Part shown: in pieces, positions 10,258 to 21,005 of the stretch | How the letters are laid out: every line of letters begins with the position of its first letter | Numbering within the stretch: the stretch's first letter is position 1 | Assembly: GCA_001767855.1 (NCBI GenBank) | Contig: MEMF01000002.1 | Location: forward strand, 808,893-872,892 | Direction of reading: 5' to 3' | DNA from: Alphaproteobacteria bacterium RIFCSPHIGHO2_01_FULL_41_14 | GTDB lineage: Bacteria; Pseudomonadota; Alphaproteobacteria; UBA7879; UBA5542 | Length of the DNA: 64,000 bases | Notes under the pieces: generated by a model | Database searches by the model: none | What the model saw: the letters and a program-made list of their open reading frames with translations, nothing else | What the model was told of the DNA's origin: nothing | Translations under genes and position numbers: made by a program

Positions 10258-11730
10258 ATGACATCTCTTTTAAAATTAGACTTTCATCTTCTGCGCCAAA
10301 AATTGAAAAGCCGCGAGATTTCTGTGGCCGAAGTCATTGATACATATATCCGTCAGGCCAAAGAAACCTCCCCTATCAATGCCTACATCTTGGATACCTT
10401 TGACCAAGCCCGTATCCAGGCTGACCTTGCTGACAGACGCTATGTCCAAGGCACTGCCCGCGCGCTCGAAGGCCTGCCGCTCGCCATCAAAGACATTTTT
10501 TGCACCAAGAATATTCGCACCACCTGCGCCTCCCGGATCTTGGAAAATTTTGTGCCCCCGTATGAGTCCACCGTCACCCAAAAGCTGAATGAGGCGGGCG
10601 CTATTTCCCTGGGAAAAACCAACCTCGATGAGTTCGCTATGGGATCTTCCACCCTGACCAGCGTGTTTGGACCGAGTATCAACCCTTTAAAACGCCTGAA
10701 TGATCCAACGAATCTCACCCCGGGTGGCTCTTCCGGAGGGTCCAGTGCTTCTGTTGCCGCTGGCTCTTCTTTGGCCGCTCTCGGCACAGACACGGGTGGA
10801 TCCATCCGTCAACCAGCCAGCCACTGTGGTGTTGTGGGCATCAAGCCCACATATGGGCTCTGTTCACGTTATGGAATCATCGCCTTCGCGTCGTCCCTCG
10901 ATCATGCCGGCGTTCTCACCCGTTCCGTTCGAGATGCCGCCTTGGTGCTGGAACACATGGCGGGACACGATCCAAAAGACTCAACCTCCATCAATCTCCC
11001 CGTTCCTCCTTACGAAAAATTCCTGAGTGGTAAGGTGAAAGGCCTTAAGATTGGCATCCCCAAGGAATACAACTTGCCCGGTCTTCATTCGGATATCGCG
11101 CGTCTGTGGCAACAGTCTGCTGCCTGGTTTAAGGAAATGGGCGCCGAAATTATAAATGTCTCTTTGCCTCACACCGAGTATGGGCTGCCGGTTTACTATA
11201 TTGTGAACCCCTCTGAAGCCTCTTCTAACCTCGCACGGTATGATGGCGTTCGATATGGCCTCAGAGTAGAAGGCGGATCCCTCGAAGAAATGTATGAAAA
11301 AACCCGCACCGCTGGTTTTGGGGACGAGGTCAAACGTCGCATCCTCATCGGCACGCACGCGTTGTCAGCCGGGTGTTATGAAGACTACTACCTCCGCGCC
11401 CAAAAAGTACGCCGGAAAATTGTGAATGACTTTACTGACGTCTTCGCAAAGGTCGATTTTATTTTGACCCCCACCACCGCGGGGGATGCCTTTGCGCTTA
11501 ACGATCCCTCCATGGATCCCATCGCCATGTATCTGGAAGATGTCTTTACCGTGGCCGCTAACTTGGCGGGGATCCCCGGCATTTCAGTACCCGTGGGTCT
11601 CTCTCATCAAGGGCTTCCCCTGGGCATGCAGCTTTTAGGCCCCATGCTCAGCGAGGATCGGCTTCTCAATGCGGCGTTTGCCTTAGAAACCGCCGCTCAG
11701 TTCAAACATCCCATCATTGAGGCTTTCTAA
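10258..11730 (+). CDS. gatA: Asp/Glu-tRNA amidotransferase subunit A
   Basis: Amidase signature GGSSGGS, GTDTGGSIRQPA, SSNLARYDG. Confidence 0.97.
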   Translation: MTSLLKLDFHLLRQKLKSREISVAEVIDTYIRQAKETSPINAYILDTFDQARIQADLADRRYVQGTARALEGLPLAIKDIFCTKNIRTTCASRILENFVPPYESTVTQKLNEAGAISLGKTNLDEFAMGSSTLTSVFGPSINPLKRLNDPTNLTPGGSSGGSSASVAAGSSLAALGTDTGGSIRQPASHCGVVGIKPTYGLCSRYGIIAFASSLDHAGVLTRSVRDAALVLEHMAGHDPKDSTSINLPVPPYEKFLSGKVKGLKIGIPKEYNLPGLHSDIARLWQQSAAWFKEMGAEIINVSLPHTEYGLPVYYIVNPSEASSNLARYDGVRYGLRVEGGSLEEMYEKTRTAGFGDEVKRRILIGTHALSAGCYEDYYLRAQKVRRKIVNDFTDVFAKVDFILTPTTAGDAFALNDPSMDPIAMYLEDVFTVAANLAGIPGISVPVGLSHQGLPLGMQLLGPMLSEDRLLNAAFALETAAQFKHPIIEAF

Positions 11731-13223
11731 TGTCGAAAAATTATTGGCTCCATACAGACTCTGGTCCTTGGAATGTGGTGATTGGTCTCGAAGTTCATGC
11801 CCAAGTGACGTCCGCCTCCAAGCTGTTCTCCAGCGCCCCCACTTCCTTTGCGGCAGATCCCAACAGCAAAGTCTCTCTGGTGGACGCAGCCCTTCCCGGC
11901 ATGCTGCCTGTGCTCAACAAAAAATGTATCGAGCAAGCGGTGAAAACGGGATTCGGTATCAATGCCAAAATTAATAAATTTTCCATGTTCGATCGGAAAA
12001 ACTATTTTTACGCTGACCTCCCCCAGGGGTATCAGATTAGTCAGCTCTATCACCCCATTATCGGAGAAGGTTTCCTCGATCTTGATCTTCAAGACGGTAC
12101 GTCACATCATGTGCGCATCGAGCGCATCCATTTAGAGCAAGATGCCGGGAAAAGCATCCACGATTTGCATCCCAAAAAAACTTGCATTGATCTCAATCGC
12201 TCGGGTACCGCCCTTATGGAAATCGTAACCTTTCCCGATATGAATACCCCCGAACAAGCTATGGCCTTTATAAAAAAACTACGCCTTATTTTGCGTTATC
12301 TTGGCACCAGCGATGGCAATATGGACGAAGGCAGCCTGCGCGCAGACGTGAATGTATCTGTCAACCGCCCGGGCGAATCATGGGGCTGTCGAGCTGAGGT
12401 CAAAAACGTCAACTCCATTCGCTATATTGGACACGCCATCGAGCACGAAGCCCGCCGCCAAGTAGAAATTTTGGAAAACGGCGGGACGCTCACGCAAGAA
12501 ACCCGTCTCTATGACCCGAACCGAGGCGAGACGCGGTCCATGCGTTCGAAAGAAACTGCCATGGATTACCGTTATTTCCCAGATCCCGATCTGTTGCCCC
12601 TCATTTTGACGGATGAGTATCTTGAGGGTATTAAAAGAAACCTCCCTGAATTGCCCGACCAGAAAAAAGAGCGGTTCATGAAAAAGTATGGCCTCACCCC
12701 CTATGACGCCGACCTTCTCATCGAAGATAAGGATGTGGCCAATTTTTATGAAAAGGCCGTGTCTGAGACGGACGGATGGAAATCCAACAAGAATCCAGCC
12801 ACCGCCAAACTGATCTCTAACTGGCTCTCAGGAGATTTTTTTGCGCTGATGAATAAGGAAAATAAATCCATTCATGACGTGCCCGTCTCGGCGGAGCATT
12901 TGGCCGAGCTCGTTAACCTGATTCAAAAAGATGTGATTTCCGGGCGCATCGCCAAGGAAGTGTTCACTGACGCGTGGACCTCCAGTAAATCCCCCAAGGC
13001 CATTGTATCTGAAAAAGGATTGGAACAAATCACAGATACCGGCGCTCTTGAACAAATCATTCAAACTGTGTTAGAAAACAACCCCGACATGGTGACTCAG
13101 TACAAATCGGGAAAAGACAAGCTGTTTGTCTTCTTCGTGGGTCAAGTAATGAAAGAAACAAAAGGGAAGGCAAATCCCGCTGCCGTGAATGATCTTTTAA
13201 ACAAAAAATTGTCCACGAACTAG
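11730..13223 (+). CDS. gatB: Asp/Glu-tRNA amidotransferase subunit B
   Basis: IGLEVHAQ, RKNYFYADLPQGYQISQ, YRYFPDPDL. Confidence 0.97.
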   Translation: MSKNYWLHTDSGPWNVVIGLEVHAQVTSASKLFSSAPTSFAADPNSKVSLVDAALPGMLPVLNKKCIEQAVKTGFGINAKINKFSMFDRKNYFYADLPQGYQISQLYHPIIGEGFLDLDLQDGTSHHVRIERIHLEQDAGKSIHDLHPKKTCIDLNRSGTALMEIVTFPDMNTPEQAMAFIKKLRLILRYLGTSDGNMDEGSLRADVNVSVNRPGESWGCRAEVKNVNSIRYIGHAIEHEARRQVEILENGGTLTQETRLYDPNRGETRSMRSKETAMDYRYFPDPDLLPLILTDEYLEGIKRNLPELPDQKKERFMKKYGLTPYDADLLIEDKDVANFYEKAVSETDGWKSNKNPATAKLISNWLSGDFFALMNKENKSIHDVPVSAEHLAELVNLIQKDVISGRIAKEVFTDAWTSSKSPKAIVSEKGLEQITDTGALEQIIQTVLENNPDMVTQYKSGKDKLFVFFVGQVMKETKGKANPAAVNDLLNKKLSTN

Positions 13224-13271
13224 CGGGGGCTAGTCTTCTGGGCTATCCTATGGAATAATAAGAGTCCAAAA

Positions 13272-14285
13272 ATGTTGATCAAAGAAAAAACAAATCTCGG
13301 GACAACGTCTCGCGTAAACAACCAATCCAAGCAGCAGCTGCTGGCCTTGTATGAGACCATGTTGCTCATTCGTCGGTTTGAGGAAAAAGCAGGCCAACTC
13401 TATGGCATGGGGCTGATCGCTGGATTCTGCCATCTCTACATCGGCCAGGAGGCCGTAGTGGTGGGCGTCCAGTCTATGCAAGAAAAGGACGACACCGTTT
13501 TAACGGCCTATCGTGACCACGGCCATATGCTCGCGTGTGGCATACCGGCTAATGGGATCATGGCCGAGCTCACTGGTCGCATCGGCGGCGTTTCAAAGGG
13601 CAAGGGTGGCTCCATGCACATGTTCAGCCGGGAAAAAAATTTTTTCGGGGGGCATGGTATCGTGGGCGCGCAGGTTCCCCTCGGCACTGGCATGGCCTTC
13701 GCTCATAAATACAAAAACACAAAAGCCGTCTCTGTTACCTATATGGGAGATGGCGCCGCCAACCAGGGGCAAGTGGCTGAATCTTATAATATGGCGGCTC
13801 TCTGGAAACTGCCCGTGCTCTATATCGTCGAGAATAACCAATATGCCATGGGTACGTCCATCGCGAGGCACGCCCCCAACCAAGACTTCTATAAACGGGG
13901 TGAGCCTTACGGTATTCCGGGCGAAAAGGTGGATGGGATGGATATTTTTGTGGTCCAACGTGCCGCCAAAAAAGCCTTCGCGCATATTCGTTCAGGAAAA
14001 GGCCCCTATATATTACAAATGGAAACCTATCGCTATCGAGGCCACTCCATGTCTGACCCCGCCAAGTATCGCAGTAAAGAAGAGGTGGAGGGGTACAAAA
14101 CCTCCAATGACCCCCTTACCAACATGGAAGCTGTTTTGATAGAAGAAAAAATCTGCACCGCCGTTCAGCTCGATCAGATTGCCGATCGCGTGAAAGACAT
14201 TATCAAAGAATGTGCCGAGTTTGCCCAAACCTCTCCTGAGCCCGAGGCCAGCGAACTTTACACCGATATCCTCACAGGAAATTAA
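13272..14285 (+). CDS. pdhA: Pyruvate dehydrogenase E1 alpha
   Basis: [23 protein letters not shown] motif, [11 protein letters not shown]. Confidence 0.97.
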   Translation: MLIKEKTNLGTTSRVNNQSKQQLLALYETMLLIRRFEEKAGQLYGMGLIAGFCHLYIGQEAVVVGVQSMQEKDDTVLTAYRDHGHMLACGIPANGIMAELTGRIGGVSKGKGGSMHMFSREKNFFGGHGIVGAQVPLGTGMAFAHKYKNTKAVSVTYMGDGAANQGQVAESYNMAALWKLPVLYIVENNQYAMGTSIARHAPNQDFYKRGEPYGIPGEKVDGMDIFVVQRAAKKAFAHIRSGKGPYILQMETYRYRGHSMSDPAKYRSKEEVEGYKTSNDPLTNMEAVLIEEKICTAVQLDQIADRVKDIIKECAEFAQTSPEPEASELYTDILTGN

Positions 14286-14295
14286 GGAATATCCC

Positions 14296-15273
14296 ATGCC
14301 CATACTCTCTGTTCGTGAAGCCCTTTGTGAAGCCATGGTCGAAGAAATGCGCCAGGACCCTTCTGTCTTCATCCTGGGGGAAGAAGTGGCTGAATACCAA
14401 GGCGCCTACAAGGTTACCCAAGGATTGCTGCAAGAATTTGGCGCCGCGCGCGTGGTGGATACCCCCATCACCGAGCATGGCTTTGCCGGCCTTGGCGTGG
14501 GGGCTGCTTTCATGGGGCTGAAGCCCATCGTGGAGTTCATGACTTTTAACTTTGCTATGCAAGCCATGGACCAAATCGTTAATTCCGCCGCCAAAACTCT
14601 CTATATGTCTGGTGGACAAATGGGCTGCCCCATTGTATTCCGTGGCCCCAATGGGCCTGCCTCTCGGGTAGGGGCCCAACACTCCCAATGCTATTCCAGC
14701 TGGTACAGCCATTGTCCGGGGTTAAAAGTGGTGGCACCCTATGATGCAGCAGATGCCAAAGGCCTCTTGAAATCCGCCATTCGCGACCCCAATCCCATCA
14801 TCTTTTTAGAGAACGAGCTTCTCTATGGTCAAAAGTTTGACGTGCCCGACGGCGACCACACCGTTCCCCTCGGCAAAGGAAAAATCGTCCGCCAGGGACG
14901 CGACGTCACCATCACCGCCTTCTCGCTCATGGTGGGCAAAGCACTCCAAGCCGCCGAAATTTTAGCTGAACAAGGTATTGACGCCGAGGTGATTGACCTC
15001 CGTACGCTCCGCCCTCTCGACACAGATCTGATTGTGGACTCCGTCACCAAAACAAACCGGCTCGTTTCAGTGGAAGAAAGTTGGCCCACCTGTGGACTTG
15101 GCGCCGAAATCGCCTCACAGATGATGGAGCATGCCTTTGATCTGCTCGATGCGCCCGTCCTCCGCGTCTCGGCCAAAGATGTGCCCCTGCCCTATGCCGC
15201 CAATCTGGAAAAATTGGCCTTGCCCCAGGTGGCCGATATTGTTGAAGCGGTGAAGAAGGTAACGTATAAATAA
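14296..15273 (+). CDS. pdhB: Pyruvate dehydrogenase E1 beta (no N-terminal lipoyl domain)
   Basis: AAGGA RBS before ATG 14296; [28 protein letters not shown]. Confidence 0.96.
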   Translation: MPILSVREALCEAMVEEMRQDPSVFILGEEVAEYQGAYKVTQGLLQEFGAARVVDTPITEHGFAGLGVGAAFMGLKPIVEFMTFNFAMQAMDQIVNSAAKTLYMSGGQMGCPIVFRGPNGPASRVGAQHSQCYSSWYSHCPGLKVVAPYDAADAKGLLKSAIRDPNPIIFLENELLYGQKFDVPDGDHTVPLGKGKIVRQGRDVTITAFSLMVGKALQAAEILAEQGIDAEVIDLRTLRPLDTDLIVDSVTKTNRLVSVEESWPTCGLGAEIASQMMEHAFDLLDAPVLRVSAKDVPLPYAANLEKLALPQVADIVEAVKKVTYK

Positions 15274-15294
15274 TTAAAATCGGAGGTTTTTCCT

Positions 15295-16518
15295 ATGCCT
15301 ATTGAAATTCTCATGCCCGCCTTGTCGCCCACTATGACCGAGGGAAACCTCGTCAAATGGCATAAAAAAGAGGGAGACAAAGTGTCTGCCGGGGATGTGG
15401 TTGCCGAGATTGAAACAGACAAGGCCACCATGGAAGTAGAAGCGGTGGATGAGGGCACGCTCGGAAAAATTTTGATCCCCGAGGGCACCGAGAATGTAAA
15501 GGTCAACAGCCCCATCGCCCTTATCCTTGAAAAGGGTGAAGATAAGAAAGTCCTTGAAAATTATAAAGCGCCTACGCCGGCCGCTGCCCAAAAAGAAGAA
15601 CCCGTCTCAGCTCCCGTTCCCACAATGGCCAGCCCCGCCCCCACCATAGTGCTCTCCACCGGGCGGATTGTGGCGTCTCCCTTGGCCAAGCGTTTGGCCA
15701 CCGAAAAGAACATTGATCTCCGCCAAGTCCAAGGATCTGGCCCCCATGGCCGCATCGTCAAGCAAGACATTGACACCTTTGTCCCTGGCTCTGCTGCCCG
15801 GGGTCATGCCCTGCCTACACACACTGGCCCTCTTTATCAGGATAAACCCGTCTCCAATATGCGCCGTGTGATCGCGCAGCGCCTCACCGAATCCAAGCAA
15901 ACGGTGCCCCACTTTTATCTCACGCTGGATTGTGAGATTGATGCCTTACTCGCCGCCCGCCAATCCATCAACAGCCACTTCAACGTGAAAGTCACGGTGA
16001 ACGACTTTGTCCTCAAAGCTGTGGCGCTCGCGCTGCAAGATGTACCCGATGCGAATGCCTCGTGGAGAGGCGAAACCATTCGCTATTACACCACGTCCGA
16101 TATTTCGGTGGCGGTCGCCATTGAAGACGGACTTATCACCCCCATCGTGAAAATGGCCAACTTCAAATCGCTCCTCACCATTTCTGAGGAAGTAAAAACC
16201 TTGGTGCAAAAAGCCAAAGAAGGTCGTCTCAAACCCGAAGAATTCCAAGGTGGGTCGTTCAGTGTCTCTAACCTTGGCATGTTTGGCATCAAACAATTCG
16301 AAGCCATCATCAACCCGCCCCAAGGATGTATTCTAGCCGTAGGCGCGGGCGAGAAGCGCCCTGTGGTGAAAGAGGGTGGGCTCGCCGTTGCCACCGTCAT
16401 GACGTGCTCCCTCTCTGTGGATCACCGCGTGGTGGATGGCAGCGTGGGCAGCAAGCTGTTGCAAGCGTTCAAGAAATACATTGAAAACCCAGCCTTACTT
16501 TTGGTGGGAGGAGCTTGA
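15295..16518 (+). CDS. pdhC: Dihydrolipoamide acetyltransferase E2
   Basis: Lipoyl domain (ETDKA), ASPLAKRLA E3-binding domain, DHRVVDG. Confidence 0.96.
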   Translation: MPIEILMPALSPTMTEGNLVKWHKKEGDKVSAGDVVAEIETDKATMEVEAVDEGTLGKILIPEGTENVKVNSPIALILEKGEDKKVLENYKAPTPAAAQKEEPVSAPVPTMASPAPTIVLSTGRIVASPLAKRLATEKNIDLRQVQGSGPHGRIVKQDIDTFVPGSAARGHALPTHTGPLYQDKPVSNMRRVIAQRLTESKQTVPHFYLTLDCEIDALLAARQSINSHFNVKVTVNDFVLKAVALALQDVPDANASWRGETIRYYTTSDISVAVAIEDGLITPIVKMANFKSLLTISEEVKTLVQKAKEGRLKPEEFQGGSFSVSNLGMFGIKQFEAIINPPQGCILAVGAGEKRPVVKEGGLAVATVMTCSLSVDHRVVDGSVGSKLLQAFKKYIENPALLLVGGA

Positions 16519-16521
16519 GCC

Positions 16522-17916
16522 ATGTCACAATCCTATGATCTCATCGTTATCGGCGGCGGCCCTGGAGGGTATGTGGCGGCCATTCGGGCAGCACAACTGG
16601 GTCTTAAAACAGCCGTGGTGGAGCAAGAAAAATTAGGCGGCGTGTGCCTCAACTGGGGATGTATTCCCACCAAAGCTTTGCTACGCTCCGCTGAGATTTA
16701 TCACCTGATGCATCGATTGGACGAGTTTGGCCTCTCAGCCTCGTCCATTAAATTTGACATTAAAAAAATCGTGGACCGCTCGCGTAAAGTGTCGCAACAG
16801 CTCTCTACCGGCATCAGTCATTTGATGAAAAAGAACAAGGTGACTGTCATCACGGGTCACGGTAAATTGCTGGGACAAAACCGGGTGAAAGTCACCCACG
16901 GTAAAGAGACCCAAGTTCTCACCGCCCCTCATATCATCCTGGCCACTGGCGCGCGCCCTCGCCTATTCCCAGGTCTCGAAGCCGACGGCCAGTTGATTTG
17001 GACCTCCAAAGAAGCCATGGTTCCTGAGAAAATGCCCAAGAGTCTCTTGATCATCGGATCGGGTGCCATTGGGGTGGAGTTTGCGAGTTTTTATGCCACC
17101 CTCGGCTCAGAGGTCACCCTCGTGGAAATTCAAGATCGTATCCTCCCCGTGGAAGATGCAGAAATCTCAGCCGTTGCGCATAAGGACTTCACCAAACAGG
17201 GCATCAAAATCCACACCAGCACCAATGTGAAGAGCTTGGAAAAAGAAAAAAATGCGGTCAAAGTCACCTTGAACCATAAGGACAGATCCTCGACCCTCAC
17301 CGTTGATCGCGTGATTGTGGCGACCGGCATTGTTGGTAACACGGAAAACCTGGGGCTTGAAAAAACACGGATCAAAGTTGAGAATAACCAAATAAAAACC
17401 AACGAATGGTGCCTGACCGACGAACCCGGCGTTTACGCCATCGGAGACGTGGCCGGTGCCCCCTGGCTCGCCCACAAAGCCAGTCATGAAGCCATCATTT
17501 GCGTAGAAAAAATCGCGAACAGCCCCACCGCCCATCCGCTGAATAAACTCAATATCCCCGGCTGCACGTATTCTTTACCTCAAATTGCCAGTGTCGGCCT
17601 CACCGAAGCCGCCGCTTTGCACAAAGGTTACAAAATACGGGTGGGCCGTTTTCCCTATAGGGGGAACGGAAAAGCCGTTGCGTTAGGCGAAGCAGAGGGC
17701 CTTATCAAAACCATTTTTGATGAAAAAACAGGCGAGCTGTTGGGCGCGCATATGATTGGGTCTGAGGTCACCGAACTCATCCAAGGATACGTCATTGGGA
17801 AAACCCTCGAGACCACCGAACTTGACCTGATAAACACCGTATTCCCTCATCCCACCCTCTCAGAAATGATGCACGAGGCGGTGTTGGATGCCTACGGAAA
17901 AGCGATTCATTTTTAG
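16522..17916 (+). CDS. lpdA: Dihydrolipoyl dehydrogenase
   Basis: GGGPGGY, GGVCLNWGCIPTK, HPTLSE. Confidence 0.97.
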   Translation: MSQSYDLIVIGGGPGGYVAAIRAAQLGLKTAVVEQEKLGGVCLNWGCIPTKALLRSAEIYHLMHRLDEFGLSASSIKFDIKKIVDRSRKVSQQLSTGISHLMKKNKVTVITGHGKLLGQNRVKVTHGKETQVLTAPHIILATGARPRLFPGLEADGQLIWTSKEAMVPEKMPKSLLIIGSGAIGVEFASFYATLGSEVTLVEIQDRILPVEDAEISAVAHKDFTKQGIKIHTSTNVKSLEKEKNAVKVTLNHKDRSSTLTVDRVIVATGIVGNTENLGLEKTRIKVENNQIKTNEWCLTDEPGVYAIGDVAGAPWLAHKASHEAIICVEKIANSPTAHPLNKLNIPGCTYSLPQIASVGLTEAAALHKGYKIRVGRFPYRGNGKAVALGEAEGLIKTIFDEKTGELLGAHMIGSEVTELIQGYVIGKTLETTELDLINTVFPHPTLSEMMHEAVLDAYGKAIHF

Positions 17917-17925
17917 AAAATTCCC

Positions 17926-18810
17926 ATGACAGAAAAACTGCCCAAACCCTCTTGGCTCAAGGTGAAAGCTCCCGTCTCTCCTCAATATCACGCCACGCGT
18001 GAGCTGATTCGGGGCGCCAGGCTCAACACCGTCTGTGAAGAAGCCGCCTGTCCCAACATTGGGGAGTGCTGGGCCAAGCAACATGCCACTATCATGATTT
18101 TGGGCAGCGTTTGTACCCGAGCGTGCGCTTTTTGTAATATTAAAACGGGCCGACCCGATCTCTTGGACCCGCACGAGCCCGAGCGCGTGGCTGAGGCTCT
18201 TCAAAAACTAAACCTCGCCCATGTGGTGATTACCTCTGTTGATCGGGATGATTTGCCAGATGGGGGGGCTGAGCATTTCGCCCAAACCATAGCGGCTATT
18301 CGCAAAACATCCCCTCATACCACCATTGAAATTTTGACGCCTGATTTTTTGCGCAAACCTGGCGCCCTCGAAATTGTGGTGGCCGCCAAGCCCGACGTGT
18401 ATAACCACAATCTTGAAACAGTCCCCCGGCTTTATGCCACCGTGCGTCCTGGCGCCCGATATTTTCATTCGCTGAATTTACTCCATCGCGTGAAGCAGCT
18501 TGACCCCACCCTCTTCACCAAGTCGGGCATCATGGTGGGCCTTGGGGAAGAAAGGGGGGAGATCTATCAGGTGATGGATGACCTCCGTGCCGCAGACGTG
18601 GATTTCATGACCATCGGTCAATATTTGCAGCCCACCCCCAAACATCACCCGTTGATGCGTTATGCTACGCCCGAAGAGTTTGCCGACTACGAGAAAATGG
18701 CTCGTGGAAAAGGGTTTCATATGGTCTCCGCCTCCCCCCTCACGCGCTCGTCTTACCATGCGGGAGAAGATTTTGAAAAGCTGAAAGCTGCGAGGATGAA
18801 GGCAGTCTGA
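17926..18810 (+). CDS. lipA: Lipoyl synthase
   Basis: [12 protein letters not shown] and CTRACAFC clusters, RSSYHA. Confidence 0.97.
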   Translation: MTEKLPKPSWLKVKAPVSPQYHATRELIRGARLNTVCEEAACPNIGECWAKQHATIMILGSVCTRACAFCNIKTGRPDLLDPHEPERVAEALQKLNLAHVVITSVDRDDLPDGGAEHFAQTIAAIRKTSPHTTIEILTPDFLRKPGALEIVVAAKPDVYNHNLETVPRLYATVRPGARYFHSLNLLHRVKQLDPTLFTKSGIMVGLGEERGEIYQVMDDLRAADVDFMTIGQYLQPTPKHHPLMRYATPEEFADYEKMARGKGFHMVSASPLTRSSYHAGEDFEKLKAARMKAV

Positions 18811-18834
18811 GCCCTCTTCCCCCACTGGAGCCGT

Positions 18835-19170
18835 TTATTCAGGCCCTCTTTTCTGATCTTCTAATCCTTCTAAGGCAGCTTTTTTTATTCCCAAAGCAAT
18901 ATATTTACAAAGGGCCATCCTGTGTCTGACGCGTAAGAGATCTATTTCTTCGCGTGGTCTACGAGCAACCTTAGCTGCGTCTAAGTCTTTTCCCGTTTGA
19001 ATCATACAGTTTTGGGCGTCTGTTTTGTCTCTATCTGAGGGAGGAGACACTTTCCTTCGGCCATTATTATGATTGGGATCATCCTCACCAGGCCCCCCTA
19101 GAGCGGTATGGCCAAGACTAAGCGTAAAGGATAACATGAGTCCTAAAGTTGTTATTCTGCCTATATTCAT
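18835..19170 (-). CDS. Small hypothetical exported protein
   Basis: AGGAGGA RBS; signal-peptide-like MNIGRITTLGLMLSFTLSLGHTALG; charged mature region. Confidence 0.65.
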   Translation of the reverse strand: MNIGRITTLGLMLSFTLSLGHTALGGPGEDDPNHNNGRRKVSPPSDRDKTDAQNCMIQTGKDLDAAKVARRPREEIDLLRVRHRMALCKYIALGIKKAALEGLEDQKRGPE

Positions 19171-19298
19171 TTGGTTTTCCTCCTGATCATTCTCTCCTAA
19201 CTTATGCTGATAGGGTTTTTCTGTACAGACAAAAATGAGGAACTACTGACCACTAGAGAAAAAATAATAACCTGGTTCCCTATAGTTGGACCACCTCA

Positions 19299-19680
19299 CC
19301 CTTGTTTTTACATAAATTAATTCTTATATAAATCAACAGAGTATACAAAGATACTCAAAAGTAATTGATTTGAATAAAGGATTTAAACGATGTTTGGCCG
19401 TTTCTTAAAATTATCCCAGATCGCCTTTTTTGTGGGCATGATCTTCTCGTTCCACAGCGAGGCAGCCACTGGGGGAACACCGCTCGACGATGACCAACAG
19501 TCTGAGGCGTCTTCAATGGCTCTTGTGTCTTCCCAAGGACAACCGGCACAAGCACATTTGCCTGTTGAGTTAATCGGTGAGATAGCCCAGTTTTTGGACC
19601 CGCAAGACTGCAAAAATCTACGGTTAACGTGTCTGGCCCTTGCTCATCACATCAATCTCCCGAATATAAAGATAACCCCT
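19299..19680 (+). repeat. Duplicated upstream region + signal peptide + F-box block, copy 1
   Basis: CCCTTGTTTTTACATAAATT..TTCTTATATAAATCAACAGAGTA and TTTGAATAAAGGATTTAAACGATGTTTG recur at 20604-20711; similarity continues to PNIKITP. Confidence 0.9.
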
Positions 19681-20583
19681 CAGAAATTTAATGCGGAAGG
19701 ATTTCCACCTACTCATTTGATTACTGCAAAGACAAAAGTTATTCTCCATGATTGGAGACAGTTCCCCGCTCAACAGCACGAAGCAATTTTGGGCCAGCTT
19801 ACAGCCTTACCGCACTTGCACAAATTGGATTTGAGCCGCAATGACCTTGGTGCTGTGGGCGCTCGACATCTGGTTCCTACCCTTTCACAATTGACGCACT
19901 TGCGCATCTTGAATTTAGGATACAATAGGATTGGTGCCGAGGACGCTCAACATTTGGCCTCCATCTTCCCACAGCTTCCACACTTGCGCATCTTGGATTT
20001 GGCTGGCAATGACCTTGGCCCCGAAGGGGCTCAACATTTGGCCTCCATCTTCCCACAGCTTCCACACTTGCGCATCTTGGATTTGGCTGGCAATGACCTT
20101 GGCCCTGAGGGGGCTCGACATCTGGCCTCCACCCTCCCCCAATTGACGCACTTGCAGTTCTTGTATCTGGGCAGCAATGACCTTGGCGCCGAGGGGGCTC
20201 GACATCTGGCCTCTACCCTCTCCCAGTTGACGCATTTGCACAGCTTGAATTTGTGCTTCAATGACATTGGTGCCGAGGGAGCTCGACACCTGGCCTCTGC
20301 CCTCCCCCAATTAACGCAATTGCAGTTCTTGTATCTGAGGAGCAATAATCTTGGCGTCGAGGGAACTCAACATCTGGCCACCACCCTCCCCCAATTGACG
20401 CACTTGCACAGCTTGAATTTGAGCAGCAATAACCTTGGCTCCGACGGCATCCAACATCTGGTTCCTGCCCTCCCCCAGTTGACGCACTTGCGCAGCTTGG
20501 ACTTGGGCCACAATGACCTTGACTTTGAGACGATCCAACACCTGTTTCCTATCTTCCCACAGGGGACACACGTGGTCTTCTAA
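19390..20583 (+). CDS. Signal peptide + F-box-like + 9 x 28-aa LRR protein (putative effector)
   Basis: LPVELIGEIAQFLDPQDCKNLRLTC (F-box-like); repeats LxxLxHLxxLxLxxNxLGxxGAxHL (RI/NLR-like LRR). Confidence 0.9.
   Translation: MFGRFLKLSQIAFFVGMIFSFHSEAATGGTPLDDDQQSEASSMALVSSQGQPAQAHLPVELIGEIAQFLDPQDCKNLRLTCLALAHHINLPNIKITPQKFNAEGFPPTHLITAKTKVILHDWRQFPAQQHEAILGQLTALPHLHKLDLSRNDLGAVGARHLVPTLSQLTHLRILNLGYNRIGAEDAQHLASIFPQLPHLRILDLAGNDLGPEGAQHLASIFPQLPHLRILDLAGNDLGPEGARHLASTLPQLTHLQFLYLGSNDLGAEGARHLASTLSQLTHLHSLNLCFNDIGAEGARHLASALPQLTQLQFLYLRSNNLGVEGTQHLATTLPQLTHLHSLNLSSNNLGSDGIQHLVPALPQLTHLRSLDLGHNDLDFETIQHLFPIFPQGTHVVF
19798..20560 (+). repeat. 84-bp tandem LRR-coding repeats
   Basis: 84-nt period; 19945-20021 identical to 20029-20105. 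Confidence 0.9.
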
Positions 20584-20603
20584 TAGGGGGAAGTTCTCTA
20601 TAC

Positions 20604-21005
20604 CCCTTGTTTTTACATAAATTGATTCTTATATAAATCAACAGAGTACACAAAGGCATTCAAATCATAGAATGAGTGTTTTATTTGAATAAAGGATTTA
20701 AACGATGTTTGACCGTTTCTTAAAATTATCTCGGATAGCTTTCTTTATGGGCATGATCTTCTCGTTCCACAGCGATGCCGCCACTGGGGGAACACCTCTT
20801 GATGAGGATCAACAGCCTGGGGCGTCTGCCTCTTCAATGGCTCTTGTGCCCCTTTCACAAGGACAACCGACATTACAAGATTTACCTCCTGAATTAATCG
20901 GCGAGATAGCCCAGTTTTTGGGCCCACAAGACTGTAAAAATCTACGGTTAACGTGTCGGGCTCTTGCTCAGCACATCAAGCTCCCAAATATAAAGATAAC
21001 CCCTG
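20604..21005 (+). repeat. Duplicated upstream region + signal peptide + F-box block, copy 2
   Basis: High nucleotide similarity to 19299-19680. Confidence 0.9.

Noticed and set aside
19877..20571. Several antisense ORFs over the LRR gene, and 22697..23302 over the Sel1 gene
   Set aside because: Shadow frames kept open by repetitive coding sequence
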